From: Aquifex aeolicus VF5
GTDB taxonomy: Bacteria > Aquificota > Aquificia > Aquificales > Aquificaceae
Assembly (NCBI RefSeq): GCF_000008625.1
Contig: NC_000918.1
Location: 930,001-962,000 of the forward strand
Length of the DNA stretch: 32,000 nt
Direction of reading: 5' to 3'
Positions within the stretch are counted from its first letter, which is position 1; each line of letters opens with the position of its first letter. The translations under genes were made by a program, and so were the position numbers. Shown one piece after another: positions 1 through 9,500 of the stretch. A model generated the notes under the pieces. The model saw only the letters and a list, made by a program, of their open reading frames with translations, was not told the DNA's origin and did not search any database.

Positions 1-1107
1 GACCTTGAGGGTGAAAAGGTTGTTCAGAGTGACGTAATTCTCGGACAGCTACACAGGGGAATGGAAAAGCTTGCGGAAAACTTGCACTACTTCCAGTTCA
101 TTCCCTACACGGACCGTATGGACTACATATCCGCTATATGTAACGAGCTCGCTTACGTGGAGACCGTGGAAAGACTCCTGGGTGTAGAGGTTCCCGAGAA
201 GGCGAGATACATAAGGACGATGTTTGCGGAACTCCAGAGGATTAACTCCCACCTCCTCTGGCTCGGAACCGGAGCTCTGGACCTCGGAGCACTCACGGTA
301 TTCCTTTACGCTTTCAGGGAAAGGGAAAAGATAATGGACATAATTGAGGGAAATGCGGGTTACAGACTCACGAGCTGCTTCTTAAGGATAGGAGGGGTTC
401 ACTACGACCTCGCGGAAGGCACTCTGGACGTAGTAAAGCACTTTATAAAAGACTTTCCCAACAGACTAAAGGAGTATCACACTCTCCTTACGAGGAACAG
501 GATATGGTTAAGGAGAACTAAGGATGTTGGCGTAATAACGAGGGAAGACGTTCACAATTATGGGCTTTCCGGGCCCGTTGCAAGAGGCTCGGGTGTTCCC
601 TACGACCTGAGAAAACTCCAGCCGTACGCCGCTTACGACGAGGTTGAGTTTGATATACCGGTTGGAGAAGTAGGGGACGTTTACGACAGGTACCTTGTGA
701 GAATGGAAGAAATGGCCCAAAGTGTGAGGATAATTGAGCAGTGTGTTCAGAAGCTTGAAAAACTTCCCAAAGACGCTCCATACCTAAACAAGGAACACCC
801 TGCGGTAATTCCGCCCAAAGAAGACGTATTCCACGACCTTGAGAGCATGGTAAAGTCCTTTAGAGTTGTTGTTCACGGTGAAGATGCACCGCCCGGAGAG
901 GTTTACTTTGCCGGTGAAAACCCCAGAGGAGAGCTGGGCTTCTTCATCTACTCAAAAGGTGGCGGGAAACCTTACAGAACACGTATACGTTCGGGAGCTC
1001 TTTACAACTTATCTATATTCCCGAAACTCATACAAGGAAGGACGATTGCGGATGCCATAGCACTTCTCGGAAGTCTTGATCCGGTTGTTGGTGAGACGGA
1101 TAGGTAA
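1..1107 (+). CDS. nuoD: NADH-quinone oxidoreductase subunit D (49 kDa), 5' truncated by window edge
   Basis: Frame open from base 1 (DLEGEKVVQSDVILGQLHRGMEKLAENLHYFQF...); NuoD-like motifs LHRGMEKLAE, DRMDY, ELQRINSHL, GPVARGSG, and C-terminal YKIRTRSGALYNLS-like segment (YRTRIRSGALYNLS); first gene of a nuo operon. Confidence 0.96.
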   Translation, partial: DLEGEKVVQSDVILGQLHRGMEKLAENLHYFQFIPYTDRMDYISAICNELAYVETVERLLGVEVPEKARYIRTMFAELQRINSHLLWLGTGALDLGALTVFLYAFREREKIMDIIEGNAGYRLTSCFLRIGGVHYDLAEGTLDVVKHFIKDFPNRLKEYHTLLTRNRIWLRRTKDVGVITREDVHNYGLSGPVARGSGVPYDLRKLQPYAAYDEVEFDIPVGEVGDVYDRYLVRMEEMAQSVRIIEQCVQKLEKLPKDAPYLNKEHPAVIPPKEDVFHDLESMVKSFRVVVHGEDAPPGEVYFAGENPRGELGFFIYSKGGGKPYRTRIRSGALYNLSIFPKLIQGRTIADAIALLGSLDPVVGETDR

Positions 1108-1119
1108 GGGGGCAAGCGG

Positions 1120-2130
1120 ATGGAAGCGATAGCTTACTCTTTAGCCTTTACCTTCTTGAAGATAGTTATAGTCTTTTCCCTGGCTCTCGGTATAGGGGCT
1201 TACCTCACGTGGTTTGAAAGAAAGCTCGCAGGGCACATTCAAAACAGGTTAGGACCAACGGTGGTAGGTAAGTTCGGGATACTCCAACCTCTTGCGGACG
1301 CCCTAAAGCTCGCAACCAAAGAAGTTATCATCCCTAGAGGAGCGGACAAGCCCGTATACTACGCAGCTGTAGTGATGGCTTTAGTTCCGTCCATACTTCT
1401 GCTTACGATAATTCCCTTTGGACCGGGTTTTAGAGTGGGGAATACCTACATAGAGCCCATAATTGCGGACGTGAACATAGCATTACTCCTTGCCTTTGCC
1501 TTTGGTTCACTATCGGTTTACGGAACAATATTCTCGGGATGGGCTTCAAACTCCAAGTACGCCTTTATAGGTTCACTTAGAAAAGCCGCGGTAGTTATAG
1601 CGTACGAAGTAGTTCTCGGTTTTTCCGTTTTGGGTGTTATTCTTCTTGCGGGTACGCTCAGCACGGTCGGGATAGTTGAAGCTCAGATACAGAAGGGAGT
1701 CTGGTTCATCTTTTACCAGCCTGTGGCTTTTATCCTGTACCTTTTCTGTATGCTTGCTGAAAGCGGAAGGGTTCCCTTTGACATTCAGGAGGCGGAAGCG
1801 GAGCTGGTTACGGGTTACAACGTTGAGTACGGCGGTATGAAGTTCGGAGCTTTTCCTCTCGCAGAGTGGTACGTAAACGTAATAGCCCTTTCCGCAATAG
1901 CTGTAGTTCTCTTCTTCGGCGGATGGGATGGACCTCACATCTTCGGGCCACTTTCTCCGTACTTCTGGTTCGTGTTCAAGACATTTGCACTGGTTTTCTT
2001 TACTCTATGGCTACACTGGACCTTGCCCAGATTTCAGGCAAAGGACATTACGGAAATTGCCTGGAAGATACTCCTTCCCATAGCGATACTTAACGTGATA
2101 ATTACTGCGGTTGTGGTTTATGCATTTTAG
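1120..2130 (+). CDS. nuoH: NADH-quinone oxidoreductase subunit H
   Basis: 336 aa multi-TM protein; motifs ERKLAGHIQNRLGP, LADALKLATKE, PFDIQEAEAELVTGYNVEYGGMKFGAFPLAEW. Confidence 0.97.
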   Translation: MEAIAYSLAFTFLKIVIVFSLALGIGAYLTWFERKLAGHIQNRLGPTVVGKFGILQPLADALKLATKEVIIPRGADKPVYYAAVVMALVPSILLLTIIPFGPGFRVGNTYIEPIIADVNIALLLAFAFGSLSVYGTIFSGWASNSKYAFIGSLRKAAVVIAYEVVLGFSVLGVILLAGTLSTVGIVEAQIQKGVWFIFYQPVAFILYLFCMLAESGRVPFDIQEAEAELVTGYNVEYGGMKFGAFPLAEWYVNVIALSAIAVVLFFGGWDGPHIFGPLSPYFWFVFKTFALVFFTLWLHWTLPRFQAKDITEIAWKILLPIAILNVIITAVVVYAF

Positions 2131-2141
2131 GAGGATTTAGG

Positions 2142-2747
2142 ATGGGTGTGAAGAAGTTAAGCAGGAAGGATTACTTGAACATACTAGAAAGCATACTTTT
2201 TATAGACTTCCTTAAGGGACTTTCCGTAACGCTGAAAAACCTCTTGAGGAGACCAATTACTACGGAATACCCGAAAGAAAAACTCACTCCTCCCAAGCGT
2301 TTCAGGGGAGCTCACGGGCACTATGTGTGGGACGGAACCGAACCTGACTCACTCAAAGCTATAGAAAAGTTCATGTCTTATGAAAAGGCAAAGAGCAGGT
2401 GTGTTGCCTGCTACATGTGTCAGACAGCCTGTCCCATGCCAACTCTTTTCAGAATAGAAGCGGTGCAGCTTCCTAATGGGAAGAAAAAGGTCGTAAGGTT
2501 TGACATGAACCTCCTTAACTGTCTCTTCTGTGGGCTCTGCGTTGACGCGTGTCCCGTGGGATGTCTTACGATGACGGATATCTTTGAACTCGCAAATTAC
2601 TCAAGGAGAAATGAAGTCCTTCGCATGGAGGACCTTGAGAAGTTCGCCATAGACTTCAAGCAAAGAAGGGGCAACGAGCCCGACAGAATTTGGCCAAATG
2701 ATGAAGAAAGGGAAAAACTGTGGGGGAAGATAGAGTGGAGTGGTTAA
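2142..2747 (+). CDS. nuoI: NADH-quinone oxidoreductase subunit I, 2x[4Fe-4S] ferredoxin-like
   Basis: Two CxxCxxCxxxCP motifs (CVACYMCQTACP, CLFCGLCVDACP); GGAGG upstream; operon position. Confidence 0.96.
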   Translation: MGVKKLSRKDYLNILESILFIDFLKGLSVTLKNLLRRPITTEYPKEKLTPPKRFRGAHGHYVWDGTEPDSLKAIEKFMSYEKAKSRCVACYMCQTACPMPTLFRIEAVQLPNGKKKVVRFDMNLLNCLFCGLCVDACPVGCLTMTDIFELANYSRRNEVLRMEDLEKFAIDFKQRRGNEPDRIWPNDEEREKLWGKIEWSG

Positions 2748-3223
2748 TCTTCTTCATCTTAGGAGCTTGGCTTATAATTTCTGCCTTGGGGACGGTTCTG
2801 GCTAAAAATCCCATTCACGTTATGCTCTTCTTCCTTTCCTCCTTACTCGCTATGGCGGGTCTTTTCCTGAGCCTCGGGGCGGAACTCCTCGCGGGTCTTC
2901 AGCTCATAATCTACGCGGTTGCCATAGTGGTGTTCTACGTCCTTGCCATAACCACGATACCTTGGGAAAAGATAAAGCGCTTTGAGGGTGTTTACAAAAC
3001 GGAAATTCTCACTGCATCCCCTATACTGCTTGTGCTCTTCCTCGTTATGAGTTACATGGTTATTAAGGGGAAGTTTGCTGAGCCTTCGGGTGTAGTAAAG
3101 GACAACGTGGAGGCTGTGGGAAGGACCTTATTTACTTCTTACCTCTTTCCCTTTGAGGTAGCTTCGGTAATACTTCTGGTTGCAATGGTGGGTGCAATCC
3201 TTCTTGCCAGAAAAGAAGAGTGA
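2735..3223 (+). CDS. nuoJ: NADH-quinone oxidoreductase subunit J
   Basis: ORF track gives ATG at 2720, but a GTG at 2735 (MEWLIFFILGAWLIISALGTVLAKNPIHVMLFFLSSLL) fits the usual NuoJ N-terminus better; start choice tentative. Confidence 0.9.
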   Translation: MEWLIFFILGAWLIISALGTVLAKNPIHVMLFFLSSLLAMAGLFLSLGAELLAGLQLIIYAVAIVVFYVLAITTIPWEKIKRFEGVYKTEILTASPILLVLFLVMSYMVIKGKFAEPSGVVKDNVEAVGRTLFTSYLFPFEVASVILLVAMVGAILLARKEE

Positions 3224-3232
3224 GGTGGGGCT

Positions 3233-3535
3233 ATGGATATAATCAAGGCTTATATCATCCTAAGTATTGCTTTATTCCTCATAGGACTTCTTGGTGTTAT
3301 AGTTAGGAAGAACCTCATTACGGTTCTCGTTAGCACGGAGCTAATGCTGAACGGTATTAACCTAGCTCTGGTTGCAGCTGACAAGGTTCTCGGAAGAGTT
3401 GATGGGCAAATTTTTGCCTTTTTTGTTCTGACGGTGGCTGCGGCGGAAGTTGCGGTAGGGCTTGGTTTAATAGTCGCCATATTCAGGCTCAAAGGTTATG
3501 AAGCTTCTCATGAGATTTCTCAGTTGAGGGATTGA
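3233..3535 (+). CDS. nuoK: NADH-quinone oxidoreductase subunit K
   Basis: 100 aa, 3 TM; GLLGVIVRKNLITVLVSTELMLNGINL and VAAAEVAVGLGLIVAIFR are typical of NuoK; SD-like GAGG. Confidence 0.96.
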   Translation: MDIIKAYIILSIALFLIGLLGVIVRKNLITVLVSTELMLNGINLALVAADKVLGRVDGQIFAFFVLTVAAAEVAVGLGLIVAIFRLKGYEASHEISQLRD

Positions 3536-5400
3536 GCATGATGGTGGAGTTGGGGGTTATCTTCACACCACTGATAGCATTTTTAATAATATTGCTCTTC
3601 GGAAGAAAGATAGGAGATTTAGGAAGCGGGATAATAGCGTCAGTAGGAGCAGGACTTACAACTCTTTTCTCCTTGGTAGTCGCCCTCAAAGCCATTCACT
3701 CTCCCGTTCACGTCAAACTCTATGACTTCCTCCCAATTGGCAATTACACACTCTCCCTCGGATTTTACTTTGACTCACTCTCTTCCTTGATGGCACTTGT
3801 CGTCACATTCGTTGCCACTCTCATATTCGTCTACTCAATCGGCTACATGCGTGACGAGTTCGGCAAATGGGTCTTCAAGTTCTACGCTTACCTATCACTC
3901 TTCCTCTTCGCTATGCTCCTTATCGTGCTCTCGGACAACCTCCTCGGAATCTTCTTCGGCTGGGAAGGTGTGGGACTTGCTTCATACCTCCTTATCGGAT
4001 ACTACCACGAACAAAAAAAAGCTACAAAAGCTTCCTTTGAAGCCTTCGTTATGAACAGAATAGGTGACTGGCTCTTTATCTTCGGTATCATCTACTCCTT
4101 TTATCTCTTCAAAACCTTAGAAATCACTCAAATATTCCCCAAAGTTGAAGAAGTAGACAAGTACGCTCTTGGCGTTGCCACAATGCTCCTCTTTGGAGGA
4201 GCAGTCGGAAAGTCGGGACAATTTCCGCTTCATACGTGGCTACCAAACGCAATGGCAGGTCCCACTCCAGTTTCTGCACTCCTTCACGCAGCCACGATGG
4301 TAGCAGCTGGTGTCTACATGGTAGCAAGACTCTATCCCATGTTTGAAGCAACACCTCAAACGCTAAAACTCATAGTGCTTATCGGAGCGATAACCATGAC
4401 AATGGCAGCACTCGCAGGTGCTGTTCACAACGACATAAAGAAGATAATCGCATTTTCAACGATGAGTCAGCTCGGATACATGTTTGTTGCTCTGGGAGTG
4501 GGGGACAAGGGCGGAGCGATGTTCCACCTCACCACTCACGCTTTCTTCAAAGCCCTCCTGTTTTTAGCGGCTGGTGCTGTAATAACAGCGTTCCACCACC
4601 ACCTTTACGACATCTTCAAGATGGGAGGGCTAAAGAAGTACATGCCTGTGACTTATGTGGCGTTTATGATAGGGGCACTTAGTTTGGCAGGAGTGTTTCC
4701 CTTCAGTGGTTTCTGGAGTAAAGACAGGATAGTGGCGAGCATGTACGAGTGGAGCGGAGTGCTTGGAGTTCTTGGAACGATAGTGGCGTTTATAACTGCA
4801 TATTACGCGTTCAGGGAAGGATTTTTGGTGTTTCACGGAAGAGAGAGATGGAGGGAGATATACGATAAAGACGTTCATGAAGTAGAGGGAGTGATGACGG
4901 TACCTATGGGGCTATTAGGATTTTTGACCGTTCTCACAGGGCTATTTGGTCTTTGGCTAGAGCACTGGTATGTAGGCTTGATAGGAGGGGAGGAGAAGGG
5001 GATACACCTGAGTGTTGCGCTAGTGTCGCTCGGAGTGGCAATAGCTGGGATATGGCTTCCGTGGCCGGTATATGTGAAGAAGGTGATAGATTACAACAAA
5101 GCGTATGAATCTTTGAAGTTTATACACACGACTTTCAAGGAGCAATTCTTTACTGAAAAGCTCTACCACAACGTTGTTGCGGGTGGGTACCTTACTTACT
5201 CAAGGAGTCTGTATTCCACCGTTGAAAGGCTTTTTATAGACGGTATTGTGAACGCTACGTATCCGATTGTGGAACTCCTGGGAAGTGTGCTAAAGTTCTT
5301 CCAGAACGGAAGGCTCAGCTGGTACGTGATGGGTCTTGCCACGGGATTGACTATAATTGTCCTTATACTTTTTGCAATAACGATTAGAGGAGGGCTGTAA
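3532..5400 (+). CDS. nuoL: NADH-quinone oxidoreductase subunit L
   Basis: 622 aa antiporter-like subunit; FFGWEGVGLASYLLIGYY, GGAVGKSGQFPLHTWLPNAMAGPTPVSALLHAATMVAAGVY; 4-nt overlap with nuoK. Confidence 0.97.
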   Translation: MSMMVELGVIFTPLIAFLIILLFGRKIGDLGSGIIASVGAGLTTLFSLVVALKAIHSPVHVKLYDFLPIGNYTLSLGFYFDSLSSLMALVVTFVATLIFVYSIGYMRDEFGKWVFKFYAYLSLFLFAMLLIVLSDNLLGIFFGWEGVGLASYLLIGYYHEQKKATKASFEAFVMNRIGDWLFIFGIIYSFYLFKTLEITQIFPKVEEVDKYALGVATMLLFGGAVGKSGQFPLHTWLPNAMAGPTPVSALLHAATMVAAGVYMVARLYPMFEATPQTLKLIVLIGAITMTMAALAGAVHNDIKKIIAFSTMSQLGYMFVALGVGDKGGAMFHLTTHAFFKALLFLAAGAVITAFHHHLYDIFKMGGLKKYMPVTYVAFMIGALSLAGVFPFSGFWSKDRIVASMYEWSGVLGVLGTIVAFITAYYAFREGFLVFHGRERWREIYDKDVHEVEGVMTVPMGLLGFLTVLTGLFGLWLEHWYVGLIGGEEKGIHLSVALVSLGVAIAGIWLPWPVYVKKVIDYNKAYESLKFIHTTFKEQFFTEKLYHNVVAGGYLTYSRSLYSTVERLFIDGIVNATYPIVELLGSVLKFFQNGRLSWYVMGLATGLTIIVLILFAITIRGGL

Positions 5401-6875
5401 TGGAAACTCTCTTAAACGTTGCCATATTCCTTCCATTGGTGGGGGCACTGCTTGTCGCCGTAATAAGAAACGAAATTTTTGCCAAAGTTGCTTCCATACT
5501 CATAGGTGCCGTTGTAGCGCTAATATCCCTGGTCCTCTTCGTTAACTTTGATTTCAGTAAAAAAGGGTTTCAGTTTGAAACATACGTTCCGTGGATAAAG
5601 ACCTTAGGCATAGGCTACCACGTAGGCGTTGACGGAATGGCGATAAGCCTTATCCTCATGACTTCCATCCTCTTTCTCGCCGCATATATATGGTCCTGGA
5701 AGATAGAAGACAGACCTTCCCTCTACTTTGCCCTCTTCCTGGCACTGGAAACCGCCTGTATAGGTGTTTTCGCAGCACTGGACTTATTTCTCTTTTACCT
5801 GTTCTGGGAAGGAATGCTCATTCCTATGTACTTCATAATCGGTTTCTGGGGACACGACAGGAAGGTTTACGCGGCTAATAAGTTCTTCCTTTACACCTTC
5901 TTCGGTTCTCTGTTTCTTCTCCTCGGTATTGCTTCTATACTCGTTTATGGATACTTTGAAACGGGTAAGATTTCCTTTGATTACTTTTTCCACCTCGGAC
6001 TTGATTACCCCCTTTGGCTTGAGCTTATAGCTTTCCTGTTATTCGGTATTGGTTTTGCGGTAAAGATACCCATGTGGCCCTTCCATACATGGCTTCCGGA
6101 CGCTCACGTTGAAGCTCCTACCGCAGGTTCCGTAATACTTGCAGGTGTTCTCCTTAAGATGGGAACTTACGGTTTTGTAAGATTTTCCCTGCCCTTCTTC
6201 CCAGAAGCCTCTAAGTACTATATACCCCTTATATTCACACTCAGCGTAGTTGCAGTTATATACGCTGCCATGATGGCTATAGCTCAAACACACATGAAGA
6301 GACTCATTGCTTACTCTTCAATATCTCACATGGGACTCGTTACACTCGGAACCTTTGCTATGAACAGCGATGCCTTGAACGGTGCGATTTACCTCATGAT
6401 AGCTCACGGGCTTTCTTCCGCGGCTCTCTTCCTAGGAGCTGGCTTTATATACGACAGGATACACTCTTACCACATGGATGACCTGGGCGGTCTTGCGAGA
6501 TACATACCTTACTTTACCTTTGCCTTCTTTCTTGCGGTTCTTGCCGGTATAGCGTTCCCCGGATTTGCGAGCTTCGTTTCTGAATTCCTTATACTCCTAG
6601 GCATATTTGAAAAGTTCCCCGTATGGGCTTTTGTTGCAGGTATAGGTATGGTTCTGGGAGCGGCATACTCGCTATACATGTTCAGAAAGGTAATGCTGGA
6701 AGAGGAGAGTATTCCCGAGGAAAGAGTAGAAAAGTGGAAGAAGTTGAAAGACTTGGAACTCCACCACGCTATTCCCTTTGCACTGATAATTGGCATGGCT
6801 CTCGTTATGGGAATATACCCTTATCCCTTTGTGAAGATAGTGGAACACACTTCTAAACTCGTGTTCGGAGGTTGA
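5400..6875 (+). CDS. nuoM: NADH-quinone oxidoreductase subunit M
   Basis: 491 aa; LFYLFWEGMLIPMYFIIGFWG, KIPMWPFHTWLPDAHVEAPTAGSVILAGVLLKMGTYGF. Confidence 0.97.
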   Translation: METLLNVAIFLPLVGALLVAVIRNEIFAKVASILIGAVVALISLVLFVNFDFSKKGFQFETYVPWIKTLGIGYHVGVDGMAISLILMTSILFLAAYIWSWKIEDRPSLYFALFLALETACIGVFAALDLFLFYLFWEGMLIPMYFIIGFWGHDRKVYAANKFFLYTFFGSLFLLLGIASILVYGYFETGKISFDYFFHLGLDYPLWLELIAFLLFGIGFAVKIPMWPFHTWLPDAHVEAPTAGSVILAGVLLKMGTYGFVRFSLPFFPEASKYYIPLIFTLSVVAVIYAAMMAIAQTHMKRLIAYSSISHMGLVTLGTFAMNSDALNGAIYLMIAHGLSSAALFLGAGFIYDRIHSYHMDDLGGLARYIPYFTFAFFLAVLAGIAFPGFASFVSEFLILLGIFEKFPVWAFVAGIGMVLGAAYSLYMFRKVMLEEESIPEERVEKWKKLKDLELHHAIPFALIIGMALVMGIYPYPFVKIVEHTSKLVFGG

Positions 6876-6879
6876 AGCC

Positions 6880-8274
6880 TTGAACTGGAACGCTATACTT
6901 CCCGAAGCCATACTCGCAATAGGAATTCTCACGGTTTTCATACTTGAGCTATTCCTTGAAAGGAAGCATTACAAGTTCTTGAGTGTCCTTGCTTTTATAT
7001 TCGTTGTCCTTTCAGGGTATTCAATATTCTTCGTAAATTATCCTGCAAAACTCTTTTTTGACGGCTTTTCCGTAGATGCTCTTAACTTAATCGGCAAGCT
7101 TTTCATTTTGGCAGTCACCGGGTTTGTACTCCTTTCTTCCTACGACTACTTCTCCAAGAAGAACTCCCAGTATGGAGAACTCCCATACCTCTACCTGATA
7201 GCAACACTCGGTTTAATGGTTATGATTTCCTCCGACAACCTTGCGATAATCTTCACGGGACTGGAACTCGCCTCCATCACCATGTACATACTCGTGGGTT
7301 TGTTCAGAAGGGAGTATCTCTCAAAGGAAGGAGCTTTTAAGTACTTGGTAATAGGAACTACTGGAACGTCCATGTACGCACTCGGTTCAGCACTCGTTTA
7401 CGCCTCAAGCGGTTCTATGGTTCTGAGTCCCGTAAAAGAAGAGAACACTTTATTTGCCTTAGGTGTGATACTGATAATTTCCGCCCTTGCTCTGAAGGTT
7501 TCCGCTGTTCCCTTCCACTTCTGGACGCCTGACGCTTACGAGGGAGCACCTACGCCCACTACAGCTTACCTTTCAACTGTTCCCAAAATCGGTATGTACT
7601 TCCTCTTTGTCAAACTCACCATGTACCTCTTTTCCGCGTTCCCCGATTGGAAGTACGTGGTTATGCTTCTCGCTGTACTTTCCATGTTCTACGGAAATAT
7701 AGTCGCTTACGCTCAGAAGTCCGTAAAGAGACTGCTCGCCTACTCCTCAATAGCACACGCAGGATACTTCCTTACCGCTTTAACCGCTGTGGATAAACAC
7801 CTCTTTTCCGCACTTCTCTTTTACGTGTTCGTTTACGCTCTTGCAACCGTCGGAGCGTTTACGGTTCTCGCTATCCTTGAGAAAAAGGAAGGCTGGACAC
7901 ATCACTTCTTAGATTTCAAAGGATTAAAAGAGGAAAACCCTGTTCTCGCTTCTATGCTAGCACTCTTCCTCTTTGCCTTGATAGGTATCCCTCCCGCTGC
8001 TGTATTTCTGGGTAAGCTCGGTATATTCTTCGGGCTAGTTAAAACCGATATGTTCGCCCTTGGTATCCTCTTTGCCATAGCGAGTTTAATTTCCGCAGGG
8101 TATTACCTAAAGGTTATCGTTTACATGTTCCTCTACTCGGGAGAAGTAAGACACGGTCAGACTACGGTTTCCGCTGGAGAGGCTTTCACGGTTCTCGGTA
8201 CGGCTTTCCTCGTTATATTCTTTGGTCTATTTCCCCATGTGGTTCTTGACTTTATCCTGCGTGCCCTCTCTTAA
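6880..8274 (+). CDS. nuoN: NADH-quinone oxidoreductase subunit N (TTG start)
   Basis: 464 aa antiporter-like; VSAVPFHFWTPDAYEGAPTPTTAYLSTVPK; TTG preceded by GGAGG. Confidence 0.95.
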   Translation: MNWNAILPEAILAIGILTVFILELFLERKHYKFLSVLAFIFVVLSGYSIFFVNYPAKLFFDGFSVDALNLIGKLFILAVTGFVLLSSYDYFSKKNSQYGELPYLYLIATLGLMVMISSDNLAIIFTGLELASITMYILVGLFRREYLSKEGAFKYLVIGTTGTSMYALGSALVYASSGSMVLSPVKEENTLFALGVILIISALALKVSAVPFHFWTPDAYEGAPTPTTAYLSTVPKIGMYFLFVKLTMYLFSAFPDWKYVVMLLAVLSMFYGNIVAYAQKSVKRLLAYSSIAHAGYFLTALTAVDKHLFSALLFYVFVYALATVGAFTVLAILEKKEGWTHHFLDFKGLKEENPVLASMLALFLFALIGIPPAAVFLGKLGIFFGLVKTDMFALGILFAIASLISAGYYLKVIVYMFLYSGEVRHGQTTVSAGEAFTVLGTAFLVIFFGLFPHVVLDFILRALS

Positions 8275-8283
8275 TTAATTTTT

Positions 8284-8925
8284 ATGTACACGGCAATAAT
8301 CCTCGCTGCTGGTAGAGGTAGCAGAATAGGTTTCAGGAAACAGTTTGCAACCCTTTGCGGAAAGCCTCTATTTATGCACTCCCTTGAGAAAGTTCTGGAC
8401 ATATTTGAAGAAGTAATACTCGTTCTCCCAGAGGATTTCTTAGATAAAGTTAAAGTTCACCCGAAAGTGAAGAAAGTAGCGGGAGGACCAGAAAGACAGG
8501 ACTCTGTATTTAACGCATTGTTACAGGCCACAGGAGACATCGTAGTAATACACGACTCCGCAAGACCACTCGCTACAAAAAAGATGTTTTTAGAAGTAGC
8601 CCAGCTCGGGGATTACCACGGGAAAGTGGTGGCTTCTCCTGCAAGGGATACTTTAAAGGAAGTAGTAGAAGGTAAGGTGATAAAAACTTTAAATCGCTCT
8701 TTAATCTGGCACGCCCAGACACCCCAGGCCTTCAGGAGGGATATTCTCCTCGAGTGTCACATGAGGGCAAAGGCAGAGGGTTTCGTCGGAACGGACGACG
8801 CAAGCCTGCTGGAACGCTACGGCTACAGCGTGGGAGTTGTTGAAGGAAGCTACTGGAATGTCAAGATAACTTATCCTGAGGATTTAGAAATGGTGAAAAA
8901 GATAATGGGATGCGAAGAGGATTAA
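8284..8925 (+). CDS. ispD: 2-C-methyl-D-erythritol 4-phosphate cytidylyltransferase
   Basis: 213 aa; AIILAAGRGSRIGFRKQFATLCGKPL, GGPERQDSV, VIHDSARPL, TPQAFRRD, TDDASLLE. Confidence 0.93.
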   Translation: MYTAIILAAGRGSRIGFRKQFATLCGKPLFMHSLEKVLDIFEEVILVLPEDFLDKVKVHPKVKKVAGGPERQDSVFNALLQATGDIVVIHDSARPLATKKMFLEVAQLGDYHGKVVASPARDTLKEVVEGKVIKTLNRSLIWHAQTPQAFRRDILLECHMRAKAEGFVGTDDASLLERYGYSVGVVEGSYWNVKITYPEDLEMVKKIMGCEED

Positions 8926-9500
8926 CCCGTTTCTTCCGCCCTCGGGAATTGCGGGCAGGCGTCTTCGGGCGGTATTTCTTTTGGAAACTCTTCTTTATAC
9001 TCGTTGTGATAACCGCAGACGTAGCATTGGATTTCTACGAGATACCCCTCGTGGGCGTGTCCTATATCCCAACCGCACAGGGGACACTCTCCTTCCTGAG
9101 CCTTCAGAACTTCCGCTAACCTGCTTCCGTCTTTTAAGTAATTCAGTACATTCTTGACCCTCTTTATCGCTTCCTTTACCTCGTAAGAGTTCCACTCAGC
9201 TCCGCAGTCCAGACACCTAAACTCGGCATATGTTCCTTCTCTTAAAAGTTTTACTATGTCCGTGGAACCGCATCTGTCGTCTATGCACACGGCTCCTATT
9301 TCCTTTCTGGAGAGCTTGTCAAGAATTCTGTAAACGGTTTCCTTGTCCAGTTTCATGGGAACGTCGTAAGCCTTATAACCGCAGCACTCGCAAAAAGCTT
9401 CAACTCTCGGGTACGGTTCCATGTACTCACAAACCCTTAGAGCTATCCTGTTACAGGCGGGACAGAGTTCTCTGTGTTGAAGATAAAAGCCCCCGTTCAT
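8922..9500 (-). CDS. Hypothetical protein with several zinc-ribbon-like Cys pairs
   Basis: 192 aa; pairs CPAC, CECC, CIDDRC, CLDC, CPLC, CYVC; overlaps the end of mobB on the same strand. Confidence 0.8.
   Translation of the reverse strand: MNGGFYLQHRELCPACNRIALRVCEYMEPYPRVEAFCECCGYKAYDVPMKLDKETVYRILDKLSRKEIGAVCIDDRCGSTDIVKLLREGTYAEFRCLDCGAEWNSYEVKEAIKRVKNVLNYLKDGSRLAEVLKAQEGECPLCGWDIGHAHEGYLVEIQCYVCGYHNEYKEEFPKEIPPEDACPQFPRAEETG

Noticed and set aside
2720-2734. ATG 2720 as nuoJ start
   Set aside because: It would add hydrophilic MGEDR before the first TM; GTG 2735 fits better, though not proven.
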